NCBI GenBank assembly: GCA_964605355.1
Contig: CAZSCE010000002.1
Location: forward strand, 1 to 62,659
Direction: 5' to 3'
Source of the DNA: an uncultured Candidatus Saccharibacteria bacterium
GTDB taxonomy: Bacteria; Patescibacteriota; Minisyncoccia; Phycocordibacterales; GWA1-40-21
DNA length: 62,659 nucleotides
This document shows, in pieces, positions 23,909-34,477 of this stretch. The notes beneath the pieces were generated by a model. The model did no database searches. It worked only from the letters and a program-made list of their open reading frames with translations, and had not been told where the DNA came from. The position numbers were made by a program, and so were the translations under genes. The stretch's first letter is position 1, and each line of letters starts with the position of its first letter.

Positions 23909-24122
23909 GTTATGGGGAATAGAGCCCTTCCTTTGTTATGTATGTCGCACAATATATCTTCGCCCGCATATCCTATAAGGGAAAGGGCTGTTCTAAGTAG
24001 AAAGTACTCCCCTAGGGCTAAAAGAAAAAAGGCCACAAGAATAGACCAATAAGGATTAAAATAAATACATAATCAATAAAAGTAAAACAATCTAGAAATT
24101 CTGGCATAAATAATAAATATAA

Positions 24123-24401
24123 TTATTTTTTTATAATTCCAACTAATGGTGTCCAGACATAGTTAACCCATATCCCCCAGACTGCTCCGGCCGGTGCCGC
24201 CAGATAGTTATTCCAGCCATCCTTGATGAATGTCCAAATATAACCCATATTTTTCTGAAACTGTTCTGAGGTAAAGAAGGCTTTAATATCTACCCCAAAA
24301 TAACTTAGGACAGCAATAGCAACAACTATTAAAATAATCATTTTTACTAAACCCTGCTCTTTATTTTTATAGATATCTTTCATGTTTATATTATATATCA
24401 A
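24123..24401 (-). CDS. Small membrane protein, hypothetical
   Basis: 92-aa ORF with one clear TM helix (MIILIVVAIAVLSYFGV) and a Trp-rich C-terminus. Follows the M23 peptidase gene. Confidence 0.5.
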   Translation of the reverse strand: MIYNINMKDIYKNKEQGLVKMIILIVVAIAVLSYFGVDIKAFFTSEQFQKNMGYIWTFIKDGWNNYLAAPAGAVWGIWVNYVWTPLVGIIKK

Positions 24402-24413
24402 AAATATATATTA

Positions 24414-25676
24414 TTAAAGGTAAACAAGTGGGTCCAGATACGCTTTAGTATCAGCCAGAGGTATGGTATAGGTACCTTTACAAGCAATGCTTTTTAACGT
24501 TGATACTTTTACACCTTGCCCCGCATACAATCCCATATGTAGGTGTGGACCAGTGGAGTAACCGGTATTTCCGGAGTAACCCACCACATCACCGGATTTT
24601 ACTCTTTTCCCCACTACAGCTGACACTACAGACAGGTGACCATAAATACTAGCCAAGCCATTATCATACCTAATAAAGACCCATTTTCCGTATGAGGCGC
24701 CGGGGCAGACTAAATCAGTGTTACCTATAGCTTCTACCACACCAGTGCCGGCTGACATAACCCTAGTTCCGATACTAGCCCGGAAGTCAGCTCCATTATG
24801 AGTACCGCTGACATATAGGCGGCCAGAGTCCGTAGTTTTGCCAAAGTTTTGGGTAATAAAAATATTATCTAGAGGCCAAGTCAGTATACCTTTACCAGCT
24901 GGTGGAAAACTCTTTGGATCGATAATTAGCTTTAATTGTGACTCGTAAGAATTAATCTCTTGGTCCAGAGCCTGTTTTAGAGCCAATTTATCTTTTAAAA
25001 TTTTCTGATAATTCGCCTCGGTACTCTTTGTTACTACGAGCATGGTATTTTTTTCTTTTTTGGTAGATTGAAGAACCTGCTTCTTGCCGTTTAGTTCATT
25101 ATTATAATTCTCTAATTCTTTTTTCTTTTTCTCTAATTGAGATTTAGCTTGTTCAAGGCTAGCCTTAATATCTTTTACGGAAGCCACTAGATCACTAACT
25201 CTGGCCTGAACACGAATAGTGTTTTCTAGATCATCCCAGAATGATGATAAATCACTATTTGATAGCAGGACTTCCCAGACACTAGAGTCATCTGCTTCGT
25301 AAATCTGCCTTAGGGACTGCCGTATAGCCATATTCCCACGACTGATTTGGGTTTGTTTGTCAATAATTTTTTCACCAGTGTCCTTAATAGTATATTCTGT
25401 TGTACCAATATTACTTTCTACTAGTTTTACTTCGGTTGTAATCTTATTGGCGGATATATCTAGTGATTTAATAGTATTCTGCAAAGTAGTGGCCTGAGCA
25501 CCCACATCTTTTAATTGCTCTTGATACTTGGAAATCTCAGCTTCTAATTGAGCCCGGCTTCTGTTAGCTGCGTCAATTTTGGCCTGAATTTGGTCAACCG
25601 TCTCGGCCCGAGAGGAAATGTTAAAAAGAAGAGTAAGTATAATTATAATGCTAATGTAAAGGGATTTCTTTAGCAT
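24414..25676 (-). CDS. M23-family peptidoglycan endopeptidase with N-terminal coiled coil (EnvC-like architecture)
   Basis: Signal peptide and long coiled coil. HNGADFRA (HxxxD) and GPHLHMGLY (HxH) motifs. Confidence 0.85.
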   Translation of the reverse strand: MLKKSLYISIIIILTLLFNISSRAETVDQIQAKIDAANRSRAQLEAEISKYQEQLKDVGAQATTLQNTIKSLDISANKITTEVKLVESNIGTTEYTIKDTGEKIIDKQTQISRGNMAIRQSLRQIYEADDSSVWEVLLSNSDLSSFWDDLENTIRVQARVSDLVASVKDIKASLEQAKSQLEKKKKELENYNNELNGKKQVLQSTKKEKNTMLVVTKSTEANYQKILKDKLALKQALDQEINSYESQLKLIIDPKSFPPAGKGILTWPLDNIFITQNFGKTTDSGRLYVSGTHNGADFRASIGTRVMSAGTGVVEAIGNTDLVCPGASYGKWVFIRYDNGLASIYGHLSVVSAVVGKRVKSGDVVGYSGNTGYSTGPHLHMGLYAGQGVKVSTLKSIACKGTYTIPLADTKAYLDPLVYL

Positions 25677-25687
25677 AATTAATTTCT

Positions 25688-27148
25688 TTAAAGATTATTT
25701 ATGGCTTTTTGTATTCTAGTTAGGGATTCATTCTTACCTAGGATAGAAAGTAGGCAAAAAGGGTCAGGGGACTTGTCCTTACCGGACAGGGCCACGCGCA
25801 TAGGCCAGAGGACACTCCCCTTTCCCAGTTCCTCCGCCTTTGGCATGAGTAAGGTTTTTAATTTTTCTTCGGTAAAATCAGCTTCAGAAATTTTCTCAAT
25901 CATCTCAGAAATTATTTTTAAATTATTTTTAGGGATGGCAAAATCTGTATCTTTTTTCCAAATAAGCATCTCCTTTTTAGGTTCTGGTGCCAGGAAAAAG
26001 TAATCAAACTCCCCTTCTGTCACATATTTCTCCAGTTCACCATACGTATTAATTCTCTCTAAAACAATATGAGTAATTTTATTTAACAAATTCTGATCAA
26101 AAGAATATTTTTTTGAGAGTATTTCTGTAAACTTTTTCTGTAGTTCCTCAATAGGTAGTCTTTTTAAATGTTCCTTATTTAACCAAATTAATTTCTCCTC
26201 GTTAAATTGTCCACCAGCAGTTTGAATTTTTTTAATTTCAAAAGCATCAATAATTTCCTGTAAACTCATTACTTCTTTTTCACCACCTGGATTCCAACCA
26301 ATTAGCACTAGAAAGTTTAATAATGCTTGCGGTAAAACACCATCATCTTTATAGCCTAATACATCTTTTGCCCCATCACGCTTACCTAACTTCTTTTTCC
26401 CTTCTGCTCCAAGGATCGGTGGCAAAGTCACAAATTCTGGCCTTTTAATTCCCAAGGCTTCATATAAGGCAAGAAATTTTGGAGTTGAAGAAATAAACTC
26501 ATCTGCTCTAAAAATATGAGTTACACCCATATATAAGTCATCAATAATGTGGGCGAAATTATATGTTGGAAAGCCATCACTTTTCATTAAAATAAAATCA
26601 TCCAAAGCTTCAGGGCCGGCTGAAAGTTCACCACGAGCAAGATCAGTCCAAGTCATTCTTTTTGGTGCTACAATTTTTAATCTAAGAGGTTGTGCTCCAT
26701 CCCATTTTGGTGGATTTTCTGGACGATAATCTCTGTATAAGAAAGCCTTTTTTTGTTCTTCTGATTTCTTTCTCATTTCAGCCACTTGCTCTTCGGTATA
26801 CGGATCCGTATAAGCTAATCCTTTTTCATATAATTCCTGAGCATATTTTTTATAAGTATCTAATCTTTGTGATTGGATATATGGAGCATTTGGACCGCCA
26901 ATATCTGGACCTTCATCCCAATCCATCCCAATCCATTTTAATGATTTAATTATGTGTTCAATTGAACCCTCCACCTCCCTTTCCTTATCTGTGTCTTCAA
27001 TTCTAAGTATAAATGTCCCATTATTTTTTTTAGCATAAATCCAGCCAAATAAAGCAGTTCTAACACTGCCAACATGCATAAACCCAGTGGGGCTGGGGGC
27101 AAAACGGGTGACAACTTTATTTTTCTTTTTAAATAAATTAAAAAACAT
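25688..27148 (-). CDS. gltX: Glutamate--tRNA ligase
   Basis: RFAPSPTGFMHVGSVRTALF (HIGH region) and KLGKRDG (KMSKS-like). Confidence 0.92.
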   Translation of the reverse strand: MFFNLFKKKNKVVTRFAPSPTGFMHVGSVRTALFGWIYAKKNNGTFILRIEDTDKEREVEGSIEHIIKSLKWIGMDWDEGPDIGGPNAPYIQSQRLDTYKKYAQELYEKGLAYTDPYTEEQVAEMRKKSEEQKKAFLYRDYRPENPPKWDGAQPLRLKIVAPKRMTWTDLARGELSAGPEALDDFILMKSDGFPTYNFAHIIDDLYMGVTHIFRADEFISSTPKFLALYEALGIKRPEFVTLPPILGAEGKKKLGKRDGAKDVLGYKDDGVLPQALLNFLVLIGWNPGGEKEVMSLQEIIDAFEIKKIQTAGGQFNEEKLIWLNKEHLKRLPIEELQKKFTEILSKKYSFDQNLLNKITHIVLERINTYGELEKYVTEGEFDYFFLAPEPKKEMLIWKKDTDFAIPKNNLKIISEMIEKISEADFTEEKLKTLLMPKAEELGKGSVLWPMRVALSGKDKSPDPFCLLSILGKNESLTRIQKAINNL

Positions 27149-27153
27149 AATAT

Positions 27154-28281
27154 TTATTCTTCATGACTTAAAGCAATGGTAATAATCTCCCTGGCAATTT
27201 TATCTGCGGCGTCTGGTTTAGTGAAATTCTTGGCGGCGGTGGACATTCTAGTCTGTAAGTTTTTATCCTGAAGTATTCTGTCAATTTCTCCTATCAAAAC
27301 ATTGGTAGTCAAATTTGATTCCTCTATAACTGAGGCCGCACCACTTCTGGCGTAATCATAAGCATTTATCCTCTGGTGATTACCATTTGTCTCAGTAATT
27401 GGTATCACAATACTGGGTATTCCCCAACAGGCAATTTCAAATATGGTAGAACCAGCTCGGCTTATAATCAGATCAGCAGCTCCAGCAGCCATGGTTAAGT
27501 TAAGATTATCTAAATAATCAAAAATTCGGTAGCGGTTTTTATTAGGATTATTTGCTAAGATAATATCAGATGTACCAATAACCTCTGTTACGTTATTCTT
27601 TCCTGTCTGGTGGAGTATCTGGTATTTTTCAATAAGTTTTGGTAAGGAGTCTAAAATTCTCTCATTTATAAGTTTTGCTCCTAGGGAACCACCAATAATT
27701 AAAATGGTAGGAATACTTTTTTCAAGGCTAAAATATTCATGACCACCCGCTTTATCAATCATGAGCACAGATTTCCTTAAGGGGTTACCGGTATAAGCCA
27801 CTTTTCCTGTTGGAAAAAATTTAGCGGTGTCTGGATAAGAAACGGCAATTTTTGTGGCAAATTTACTTGCCCAAAGGTTTGTTTTACCGGGGACGCTGTC
27901 AGACTCGTGAATAATTACTGGAATACGGAGTAATCTAGCGGCCATAAGAACTGGGAAGCTGGCATAGGCACCTTTACTAAAAATAACATCCGGATATATT
28001 TTAAAAACCTTTTTTAGGGCAACCAGTACTCCCCAACCAGTTCTAAAAAAATCAAAGAAATTAAGAATGGAGAAATATCGCCTTATTTTACCTGCCGGTA
28101 TTTGAATAAAATTAATATTATTTTCAACCAATGATTCAGCGTCATAAGGGCTGTCTGACATAAAATAAAGCTCGGCCGAGACTAGGTTTTCCTCTTTAGC
28201 AATTTTATTTAGTGATTCAGCTACAGCAATAAGTGGATAAAAGTGACCACCTGAACCTCCTCCAGAAAATAATATTTTCAT
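27154..28281 (-). CDS. murG: Undecaprenyldiphospho-muramoylpentapeptide beta-N-acetylglucosaminyltransferase
   Basis: GGGSGGHFYPLIAVAE N-terminus. Position after ftsW and mraY. Confidence 0.88.
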   Translation of the reverse strand: MKILFSGGGSGGHFYPLIAVAESLNKIAKEENLVSAELYFMSDSPYDAESLVENNINFIQIPAGKIRRYFSILNFFDFFRTGWGVLVALKKVFKIYPDVIFSKGAYASFPVLMAARLLRIPVIIHESDSVPGKTNLWASKFATKIAVSYPDTAKFFPTGKVAYTGNPLRKSVLMIDKAGGHEYFSLEKSIPTILIIGGSLGAKLINERILDSLPKLIEKYQILHQTGKNNVTEVIGTSDIILANNPNKNRYRIFDYLDNLNLTMAAGAADLIISRAGSTIFEIACWGIPSIVIPITETNGNHQRINAYDYARSGAASVIEESNLTTNVLIGEIDRILQDKNLQTRMSTAAKNFTKPDAADKIAREIITIALSHEE

Positions 28282-28290
28282 ATATTTTAA

Positions 28291-29388
28291 TTAATTTAAT
28301 CTTCTATATTTTGAAACATTCATAATCATTCCTATTTCTGCCAAGGTAAAGAATAAGGCAGTACCACCCTGGCTAAAGAAAATGAGGGGTGATCCAGATA
28401 AAGGCAAAACACCAATCATTGAAGCAATGTTCAAAAAAGACTGGATACTGATAAGTATAACAATTCCAACCACTAAAAGTCCACTAAAAATATCCGGCGC
28501 CTGACTGCCTACTTTTAATCCCCTAGCGGTAAAAAAAACAAATAAAAGTATAATTATAACAGAGCCAATAAAGCCCAGTTCCTCAGCAGCAATGGGGAAA
28601 ATGGCGTCACCTATTGATTCAGGTAAAAATTTAAACTTTTGCACACTTTGACCCAATCCCCTGCCAAATATTTCTCCGGACCCCACGGCAATTAGTGATT
28701 GCTGGATTTGGTAACCAGAAGTCAGTGGATTATCAGCTGGATTCATAAAGGTAGTAAAGCGGGCGAGTAAATATGGCCTAGCAAAAAATAAGGCGGACAC
28801 GCTGACAAGCCCCACCACCATAATAAGAAAAATATGGCGCCATTTCCCTCCCCCAACCAAATACATGGCTAGACCAACAATTGAGATAATGACAAAAGAA
28901 TCCGTGTCTGGCTGTTTTAGTAAAATACCCCCCACAATACCCACCAATATCATAAAGGGTAATAAGCCATATTTAATTGTGCTAATCCTTTCTTTCATTC
29001 CGGAAATCCAGGCCGCAAAGTAAATAATAAAGCCAATTTTAAGAAGCTCTAGTGGCTGAAAAGATAAACTGCCAATATAGATCCAGCGAGTGGCCCCACC
29101 ATGGCTCACTCCAACTCCAGGAACAAAAACTAATAAGGCAACAGCTATAGAAAATAAAAAAATATATAAGGAATAGCGACGCCAGTATTTATAATTAATT
29201 TTAGAGGTAATATAGCAAGCAATGAGCCCCAGGAACAAACCAAAAAAAGTTTGGTTAAACATAATAGAAGTAAATTTAGCATGATCCCTAGCGTATATGC
29301 CGAGCGCAGCCGAGACAAAAATCACAAACCCCGTTATCAGCAGAGCAAAAAATGAAATCAAAAATATTTTATCTACCTTTTTTGACAT
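28291..29388 (-). CDS. ftsW: SEDS-family peptidoglycan glycosyltransferase FtsW/RodA
   Basis: Ten-helix membrane protein with SLQPLELLKI-like and SQGGTA motifs. Lies between mraY and murG. Confidence 0.85.
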   Translation of the reverse strand: MSKKVDKIFLISFFALLITGFVIFVSAALGIYARDHAKFTSIMFNQTFFGLFLGLIACYITSKINYKYWRRYSLYIFLFSIAVALLVFVPGVGVSHGGATRWIYIGSLSFQPLELLKIGFIIYFAAWISGMKERISTIKYGLLPFMILVGIVGGILLKQPDTDSFVIISIVGLAMYLVGGGKWRHIFLIMVVGLVSVSALFFARPYLLARFTTFMNPADNPLTSGYQIQQSLIAVGSGEIFGRGLGQSVQKFKFLPESIGDAIFPIAAEELGFIGSVIIILLFVFFTARGLKVGSQAPDIFSGLLVVGIVILISIQSFLNIASMIGVLPLSGSPLIFFSQGGTALFFTLAEIGMIMNVSKYRRLN

Positions 29389-30441
29389 TTATTTTGATCC
29401 AATGAGGGCGATGATGATTCCGATGCTGGCAAAGATGATGCCGGCAACCCAGTAACGCATGACTACTTTGGTGGCGGGCCAGCCGAGGGCTTGGAAGTGG
29501 TGATGAAGTGGGGCCACAATAAATACTTTCTTGCCATTTCTGAATTTCTTTGACAGGAGCTGAATGATACTAGAGCCGGATGAAGCTACAAGTGGGAAAG
29601 CAATAATAGGTAAAATAAGAACTTGTTTAGTGAGGAAAGCTACTACTACCAGAGTGATAGTAAGCGCCATAGTACCAGTTTCTGACATATAAAAACGAGC
29701 GGGTGGAATATTGAACCAGAGAAAGGCTAAAATACCTCCTACGAGCACAAAGCAAAAAGCGGCCAAATCAAACTGGCTTTGAGCGGCGGCAATAATACCG
29801 TAAGCACTAAAAATTATACCGAAAACCCCACCGGATAGTCCGTCCAGCCCATCTATCACACCGCCGGAATAAGTACCAAGCATCACAAGAATAAAAAATA
29901 AAATAAATAAGAAACCAGCATCCCAAATGCCAATAAAAGGAATAATTATATCCGTCATCTCTAATTTTGTATAAAACCACCAGGCCCCAATCAGAGAAAT
30001 AATGAAAACAGCCAATAATCTTTTTTTAGAAGAAAGCCCACCAGCCTTTTGATCATAATTTTCCGTCACGCTCATATAATCATCCACTAGGCCTACTAAG
30101 GCACCAATGATTAAAGTAAAAATAGGTAACCAGGTTTGATTACGGCTAAAGAAATTTAATTTCTCAAAAATCTCTCCATCAAATATAGAGGCCAACCAAA
30201 ATAAAGTAATTGTAATAAGAGCACTGGCCCAAATTACCACACCGCCCATTCTTGGTGTCTTTTTCTCTTCATCATTATGTAAACTTTGAGTAATGGTGGC
30301 TATTCCCCCATCTGTGGCCACGGCGACACTTTTTTTCTTCCACATCTTATTTTTATATAGAAAATTACTAAGAATTGGGGTGATGAGTATTCCGATGATA
30401 AAGGCCACGGTAGTAGGAATAAATATTTTTACAATATCCAT
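29389..30441 (-). CDS. mraY: Phospho-N-acetylmuramoyl-pentapeptide transferase
   Basis: KKTPRMGGV, VGLVDDY, IDGLDGL and APLHHHF motifs. Confidence 0.92.
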   Translation of the reverse strand: MDIVKIFIPTTVAFIIGILITPILSNFLYKNKMWKKKSVAVATDGGIATITQSLHNDEEKKTPRMGGVVIWASALITITLFWLASIFDGEIFEKLNFFSRNQTWLPIFTLIIGALVGLVDDYMSVTENYDQKAGGLSSKKRLLAVFIISLIGAWWFYTKLEMTDIIIPFIGIWDAGFLFILFFILVMLGTYSGGVIDGLDGLSGGVFGIIFSAYGIIAAAQSQFDLAAFCFVLVGGILAFLWFNIPPARFYMSETGTMALTITLVVVAFLTKQVLILPIIAFPLVASSGSSIIQLLSKKFRNGKKVFIVAPLHHHFQALGWPATKVVMRYWVAGIIFASIGIIIALIGSK

Positions 30442-30445
30442 AAAT

Positions 30446-31402
30446 TTAATTTTCTATATTATTAATAATTGATAAAGTGTCAGCAAAATTATCCGCAGAG
30501 CCCATCACCACATTTATAACATCAATACCATCAATTATCTCTATTACTAAGGATAAATTTTTCAAAGCAATATCAGTACTACCAGTTTTTCCACCAATTA
30601 TTTTGTATTTAAAATTTGGGTCAGTGAGTAATTTATTAGTGCTTAACACTAACTTGCAGTAATTATTAATATCACAGAAGTTATATTCTGGTTTGGCAGT
30701 TAGTTTGAATATTTCTGGATGCTTATCCTTAATATAAATTAATAACTTTGCAAAATCAGAAACAGTGGAAATGTTAATTTCTGAACTTGGTGTTTTAGGA
30801 TCTAGACCGGTGACATTAAAATACTTCGTCTGAGTCATCCCCAGCTCTACTGCCTTATTGTTCATTTCAGTCACAAAATTATCTGTCCCTAGGGCACCAG
30901 AAAGTAACCGGGCAGAATCATTGTCAGAGGAAATAAGGGCATTTGCCAATAACTCCTTTACGGTATAAATCTTGTCTGTTTCTAATACAAAAACACTTTC
31001 TTCCTGACCAATATAGTCTAGCGTGGCTTTTATAGGTGTCTCTGGGCTCATATTTTCCAAAGTAATTACTGCAAGCATGAGTTTGGTCATACTAGCAATA
31101 GGCAAGGTGAGATCCGGATATTTACTGGCTAATATTTTAGTCCGGCCGTCGTCAGTAACCGCTATGGTTAAATATGATCTGCTGGTCACCTCTGATAATG
31201 TGGAGGTGCTAAAATGTAGATTATTAAAATTATCTGTTATTATTTTTTCTCTTAAAATTTGGCCAACTTTTTCCTGTAATATTTCTGTTTTTCTTTTATT
31301 ATCCAGGCTAATTGAATATAATATTGACCCAACAATGGCAAATAAAATAAGCACAGTTAGTAAGGCAAATATTTTTTGTTTTGTGCTATTCTGTGGCGTC
31401 AT
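30446..31402 (-). CDS. Serine-type D-Ala-D-Ala carboxypeptidase (S11, low-MW PBP)
   Basis: SxxK (ASMTKLM), SxN (SSDND) and KTG (GGKTGST) motifs. N-terminal TM anchor. Confidence 0.85.
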   Translation of the reverse strand: MTPQNSTKQKIFALLTVLILFAIVGSILYSISLDNKRKTEILQEKVGQILREKIITDNFNNLHFSTSTLSEVTSRSYLTIAVTDDGRTKILASKYPDLTLPIASMTKLMLAVITLENMSPETPIKATLDYIGQEESVFVLETDKIYTVKELLANALISSDNDSARLLSGALGTDNFVTEMNNKAVELGMTQTKYFNVTGLDPKTPSSEINISTVSDFAKLLIYIKDKHPEIFKLTAKPEYNFCDINNYCKLVLSTNKLLTDPNFKYKIIGGKTGSTDIALKNLSLVIEIIDGIDVINVVMGSADNFADTLSIINNIEN

Positions 31403-32003
31403 TTATTAATTCTTCAGGTGGTGTTACGGAGGCACTAGCTGTTAAATTCTCCTCAAATTCAGTTTTTACTTTTTCATATTCAGGTAAATCCTCTATTTTT
31501 GATACTCCTAAAAATTGCAAAAGCTCAAAAGTCGGCCTGTATAGAAAACTCCTCCTGTCTTTCTCATTTTCAATTCTTTCCACTAATCCTCTGATCTGTA
31601 AATTACGTAGAATAAAATTTGATTGCACCCCACGAATATAATCTATCTCCGCCCTTGAAATAGGCCCCTTGTAAGCAATAATAGAAATAGTCTCTAGCCC
31701 AGCGCGGCCTAAATCCCGCACCAATTCTTCTTTGGTTAGGCGTTCAATTATATGAGAAAGTTTAGCTGCCGTGCCAAGCATCACCTCATCATCCCCGCCC
31801 AAATGATCGGAATCATTTATTCGGGCAGGCTTATAAATTAATTGCACTCCCCGATCTTTAATTTTATCTTTTAAAATTTCTAGGCCGGCTAAAATTTCTT
31901 CTTCTTTTTTACCTAAACTAGCCGCCAATTTCTTGATTGACTGTGGTTCCCCTTTCCAGAAAAGAATGGCTTCTATTTGATTGTCTATTGATAATTCTTC
32001 CAT
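31386..32003 (-). CDS. scpB: Segregation and condensation protein B
   Basis: IEAILFWKGEPQSIKKLA start region and RGLVERI winged-helix repeats. I chose the ATG at 32003, just after the scpA stop, rather than the track start at 32081. Confidence 0.8.
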   Translation of the reverse strand: MEELSIDNQIEAILFWKGEPQSIKKLAASLGKKEEEILAGLEILKDKIKDRGVQLIYKPARINDSDHLGGDDEVMLGTAAKLSHIIERLTKEELVRDLGRAGLETISIIAYKGPISRAEIDYIRGVQSNFILRNLQIRGLVERIENEKDRRSFLYRPTFELLQFLGVSKIEDLPEYEKVKTEFEENLTASASVTPPEELINDATE

Positions 32004-32007
32004 GTTT

Positions 32008-32745
32008 TTAATTATAATGTGGTAAACCGGTGGTTTGGGTCTCCATTTCAATGTCATCAAACTCACTATTTTGACGAACATTAACTATCCCCTGTTTTAC
32101 CAGTTCGAGCATTGCGAGAAAGCTTATTATAACATTAACTCGCTCTTCTTTTCCAACTTTTGCAAACTCACGGAAGCTTAGTTTGATGCTACTCTGAATC
32201 CTTTTTGTCAAATCACCAATCATTTCCTCTAAACTGATTACTTTTTTCACTACCGCTTTAGGAATATTTTCCGCAGCTTTTGGTAAGGCTTTAATAACTG
32301 ACAAAATAGCAGTCAGGAAATTCTCCTTTGTCATGGTCTGATCTGGGGAAAATACTGGCATCATTTTTCTTTGCTCAGCGGGGAAAATAATCTCCTTACC
32401 AAATTTACTTTTAATATGAACACTTAATTCTTTTATGCGCTGATATATTTTTAACCTTCTTTCCAGGTCATTTACATCATGCTGTTCCTCCTCAGACAAA
32501 TTCAGATTAGGTAATAAAGATTTTGACTTGATTAAAAGCAAAGTAGAGGCAATAACCAGAAAATCAGCACTTTGAGCAATGGGAAACTGCTCCTGATTTT
32601 GTAAATAGGCAATATAATCATCAGCCACCTTGGCCAAGGAAATATCACTAATAAAAAGTTTCCTTTTTTCAATCAGGTTTAACAGCAAGTCCAACGGACC
32701 CTCAAACACCTCCGTTTTAATTTTAAATGCATCTTCTGACATCAC
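32008..32745 (-). CDS. scpA: Segregation and condensation protein A (kleisin)
   Basis: FEGPLDLLLNLIEKRKLFISDISLAKVADDY N-terminus and C-terminal FLAMLELVKQG. Confidence 0.88.
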   Translation of the reverse strand: MMSEDAFKIKTEVFEGPLDLLLNLIEKRKLFISDISLAKVADDYIAYLQNQEQFPIAQSADFLVIASTLLLIKSKSLLPNLNLSEEEQHDVNDLERRLKIYQRIKELSVHIKSKFGKEIIFPAEQRKMMPVFSPDQTMTKENFLTAILSVIKALPKAAENIPKAVVKKVISLEEMIGDLTKRIQSSIKLSFREFAKVGKEERVNVIISFLAMLELVKQGIVNVRQNSEFDDIEMETQTTGLPHYN

Positions 32746-32765
32746 GTTATTATAGCATTTATATT

Positions 32766-34118
32766 TTAATATTCACTTTCGGTCCCTTCTAGGCGTTCAT
32801 CAATTCTGTTCATATCTCGGGGAAAGATAACAGCCTGACGAATATTGGGTAAATTTAGAAATTGTAAGACAATTCTTTCTGCTCCTAAAGCAAAACCGCC
32901 TTCCGGTGGTACACCATATTTGAAAGCTTGAAGGAACATAGAAATTGTTTTTGGATCAAGTTCCCATTCCTTCACGTGCTTCTCTAATTGTTCAAAATTA
33001 TTAATACGTCGTCCACCACTGGAAAGTTCACGGCCACGACAAACCAGGTCCAAACCTTCGTTAAATTCTGGTTCTTCTGGATTAGGATAAACATAAAATG
33101 GTTTCTTCTTGGTGGGGTAACCGTAAACGAACACAAAGTCAGATCCAGTTTCCTTTTTTACTATTTCACAAATTTCTACCTCATCTTGTGATGACAGGTC
33201 CTTATCCTGTCTATTATCACGACCGTAAACTTGAAAAATTTTCTGTTGCGCTTCACGTAATGACATGGTGGGTGTCTTCTCAATCATTATTGGTAATTCC
33301 GTACCAAGAACTTTTAATTGTTCAGAATTTTTTGCTTTTACTTGTTCTAAAATGTATCTAATTGTCTTCTCTTCCATATCTTTTACATCGGTCCAGGAAT
33401 CAATAAATGCCATTTCCGCATCTAGAGAAATGATTTCAGTTAAATGACGAGTGGTGGCACTGGGTTCAGCGCGAAATATTTTATTTACGGAGAAACATCT
33501 TTCAAAGGCACTCATTACAATTTGTTTGTAAAGCTGTGGTGATTGGGTCAAGTAAGCACTTTTTCCAAAATAGCCAATCTTAAAAACCTCGGCACCACCT
33601 TCAGCCGTGGCTGGCACAATACAGGGTGCTTGAAATTCAAAGAAGTTTTCAGACTTCATTATTTCCCGGAAGCTATCAATAACGGTTTCTAGGATCCTGA
33701 AAACAGCTTGGATTTTAGGATGACGAAGGGTGAGGGCGCGGTTATCAAGCTCCGTAATTAGATCAAGATTAAAACCATCAACAGACATATCAAAAGGTAA
33801 TGGTGCGGCTTCAGCCAAAATATTTATTTTTAATATCTCAAGCTCAATATTACCATTTAGAATCCCCTCCTTCTTATTCTTTTCTGGGCGTTCGTTCACT
33901 TTTCCGGCTACTTCCACCACAAATTCTTGGCGTAATTTCTTGCCTTGCTCTAGGGCTTCTGTTTGATTTGATAAAATAACACCCTGAATAACACCGGTCA
34001 TGTCACGGAAATCTAGAAAAATCATTTTTCCCTGGTCACGGCGAATATTCACCCAGCCTTTGATCAACACTTCCTCCCCCACCTTTGTCCCTAATTCTTT
34101 TATATATGTTCTTTGCAT
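32766..34118 (-). CDS. aspS: Aspartate--tRNA ligase, short archaeal/type-2 form (Asp versus Asn specificity not fully resolved)
   Basis: Class IIb motifs: FRAEPSATTRHLTE, LSSGGRRINN and GVPPEGGFALGAERIV. N-terminal OB fold. 450 aa. Confidence 0.8.
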   Translation of the reverse strand: MQRTYIKELGTKVGEEVLIKGWVNIRRDQGKMIFLDFRDMTGVIQGVILSNQTEALEQGKKLRQEFVVEVAGKVNERPEKNKKEGILNGNIELEILKINILAEAAPLPFDMSVDGFNLDLITELDNRALTLRHPKIQAVFRILETVIDSFREIMKSENFFEFQAPCIVPATAEGGAEVFKIGYFGKSAYLTQSPQLYKQIVMSAFERCFSVNKIFRAEPSATTRHLTEIISLDAEMAFIDSWTDVKDMEEKTIRYILEQVKAKNSEQLKVLGTELPIMIEKTPTMSLREAQQKIFQVYGRDNRQDKDLSSQDEVEICEIVKKETGSDFVFVYGYPTKKKPFYVYPNPEEPEFNEGLDLVCRGRELSSGGRRINNFEQLEKHVKEWELDPKTISMFLQAFKYGVPPEGGFALGAERIVLQFLNLPNIRQAVIFPRDMNRIDERLEGTESEY

Positions 34119-34184
34119 ATTATTTTTTTACCCGCCTAAGTTTTTATTTTATAAAAATTTTGGTGGGTTAATTAAGCTGATAAA

Positions 34185-34424
34185 TTATTCTTCTTTTATA
34201 AACTCAAACCTTGGTACTTGTTTCCCATCAACCGTGACTATTTCTTCAAACATTGCTAATGGCCGGACCCAATATTGTGATTTGTCATTTTTGTAAAGTG
34301 CTTCGTAGACCACCAGGTCATCTAATGTCTCTGAATGCTTGGCCACAAAATGCACCTTGTATAAATTTCCTGTTTTTGAATGTTTATATATTCCTATTTT
34401 CATTTTGTTAAAAGAAATAGTCAA
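34185..34424 (-). CDS. DUF1653-family small protein
   Basis: YKHSKTGNLYKV...HSETLDDLVVYEALY...WVRPLAMF matches the DUF1653 pattern as I recall it. Start may be the second ATG (MKIGIYKH). Confidence 0.7.
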   Translation of the reverse strand: MTISFNKMKIGIYKHSKTGNLYKVHFVAKHSETLDDLVVYEALYKNDKSQYWVRPLAMFEEIVTVDGKQVPRFEFIKEE

Positions 34425-34477
34425 AAATTTTGCTCACCTACGGTTATCAAAATCTTTCGACATGATTTCTGTTTTGG

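Noticed and set aside
23911-24107. Small minus-strand ORFs downstream of the 92-aa membrane-protein gene (29 codons from 24107; 19 codons further on) and an 11-bp stem AGCCCTTCC.../...GGGAAAGGGCT.
   Set aside because: They are too short, lack recognisable start signals, and I have no way to test conservation here. The region may just be 3' UTR before the 23875-23908 terminator.
16500-24500. The strand-bias switch (mostly plus-strand genes before about 17 kb, mostly minus-strand after about 24 kb) as a replication terminus with a dif site.
   Set aside because: I could not find a XerCD dif-like sequence by eye. Gene orientation alone is weak evidence, and GC-skew over the whole replicon is needed.
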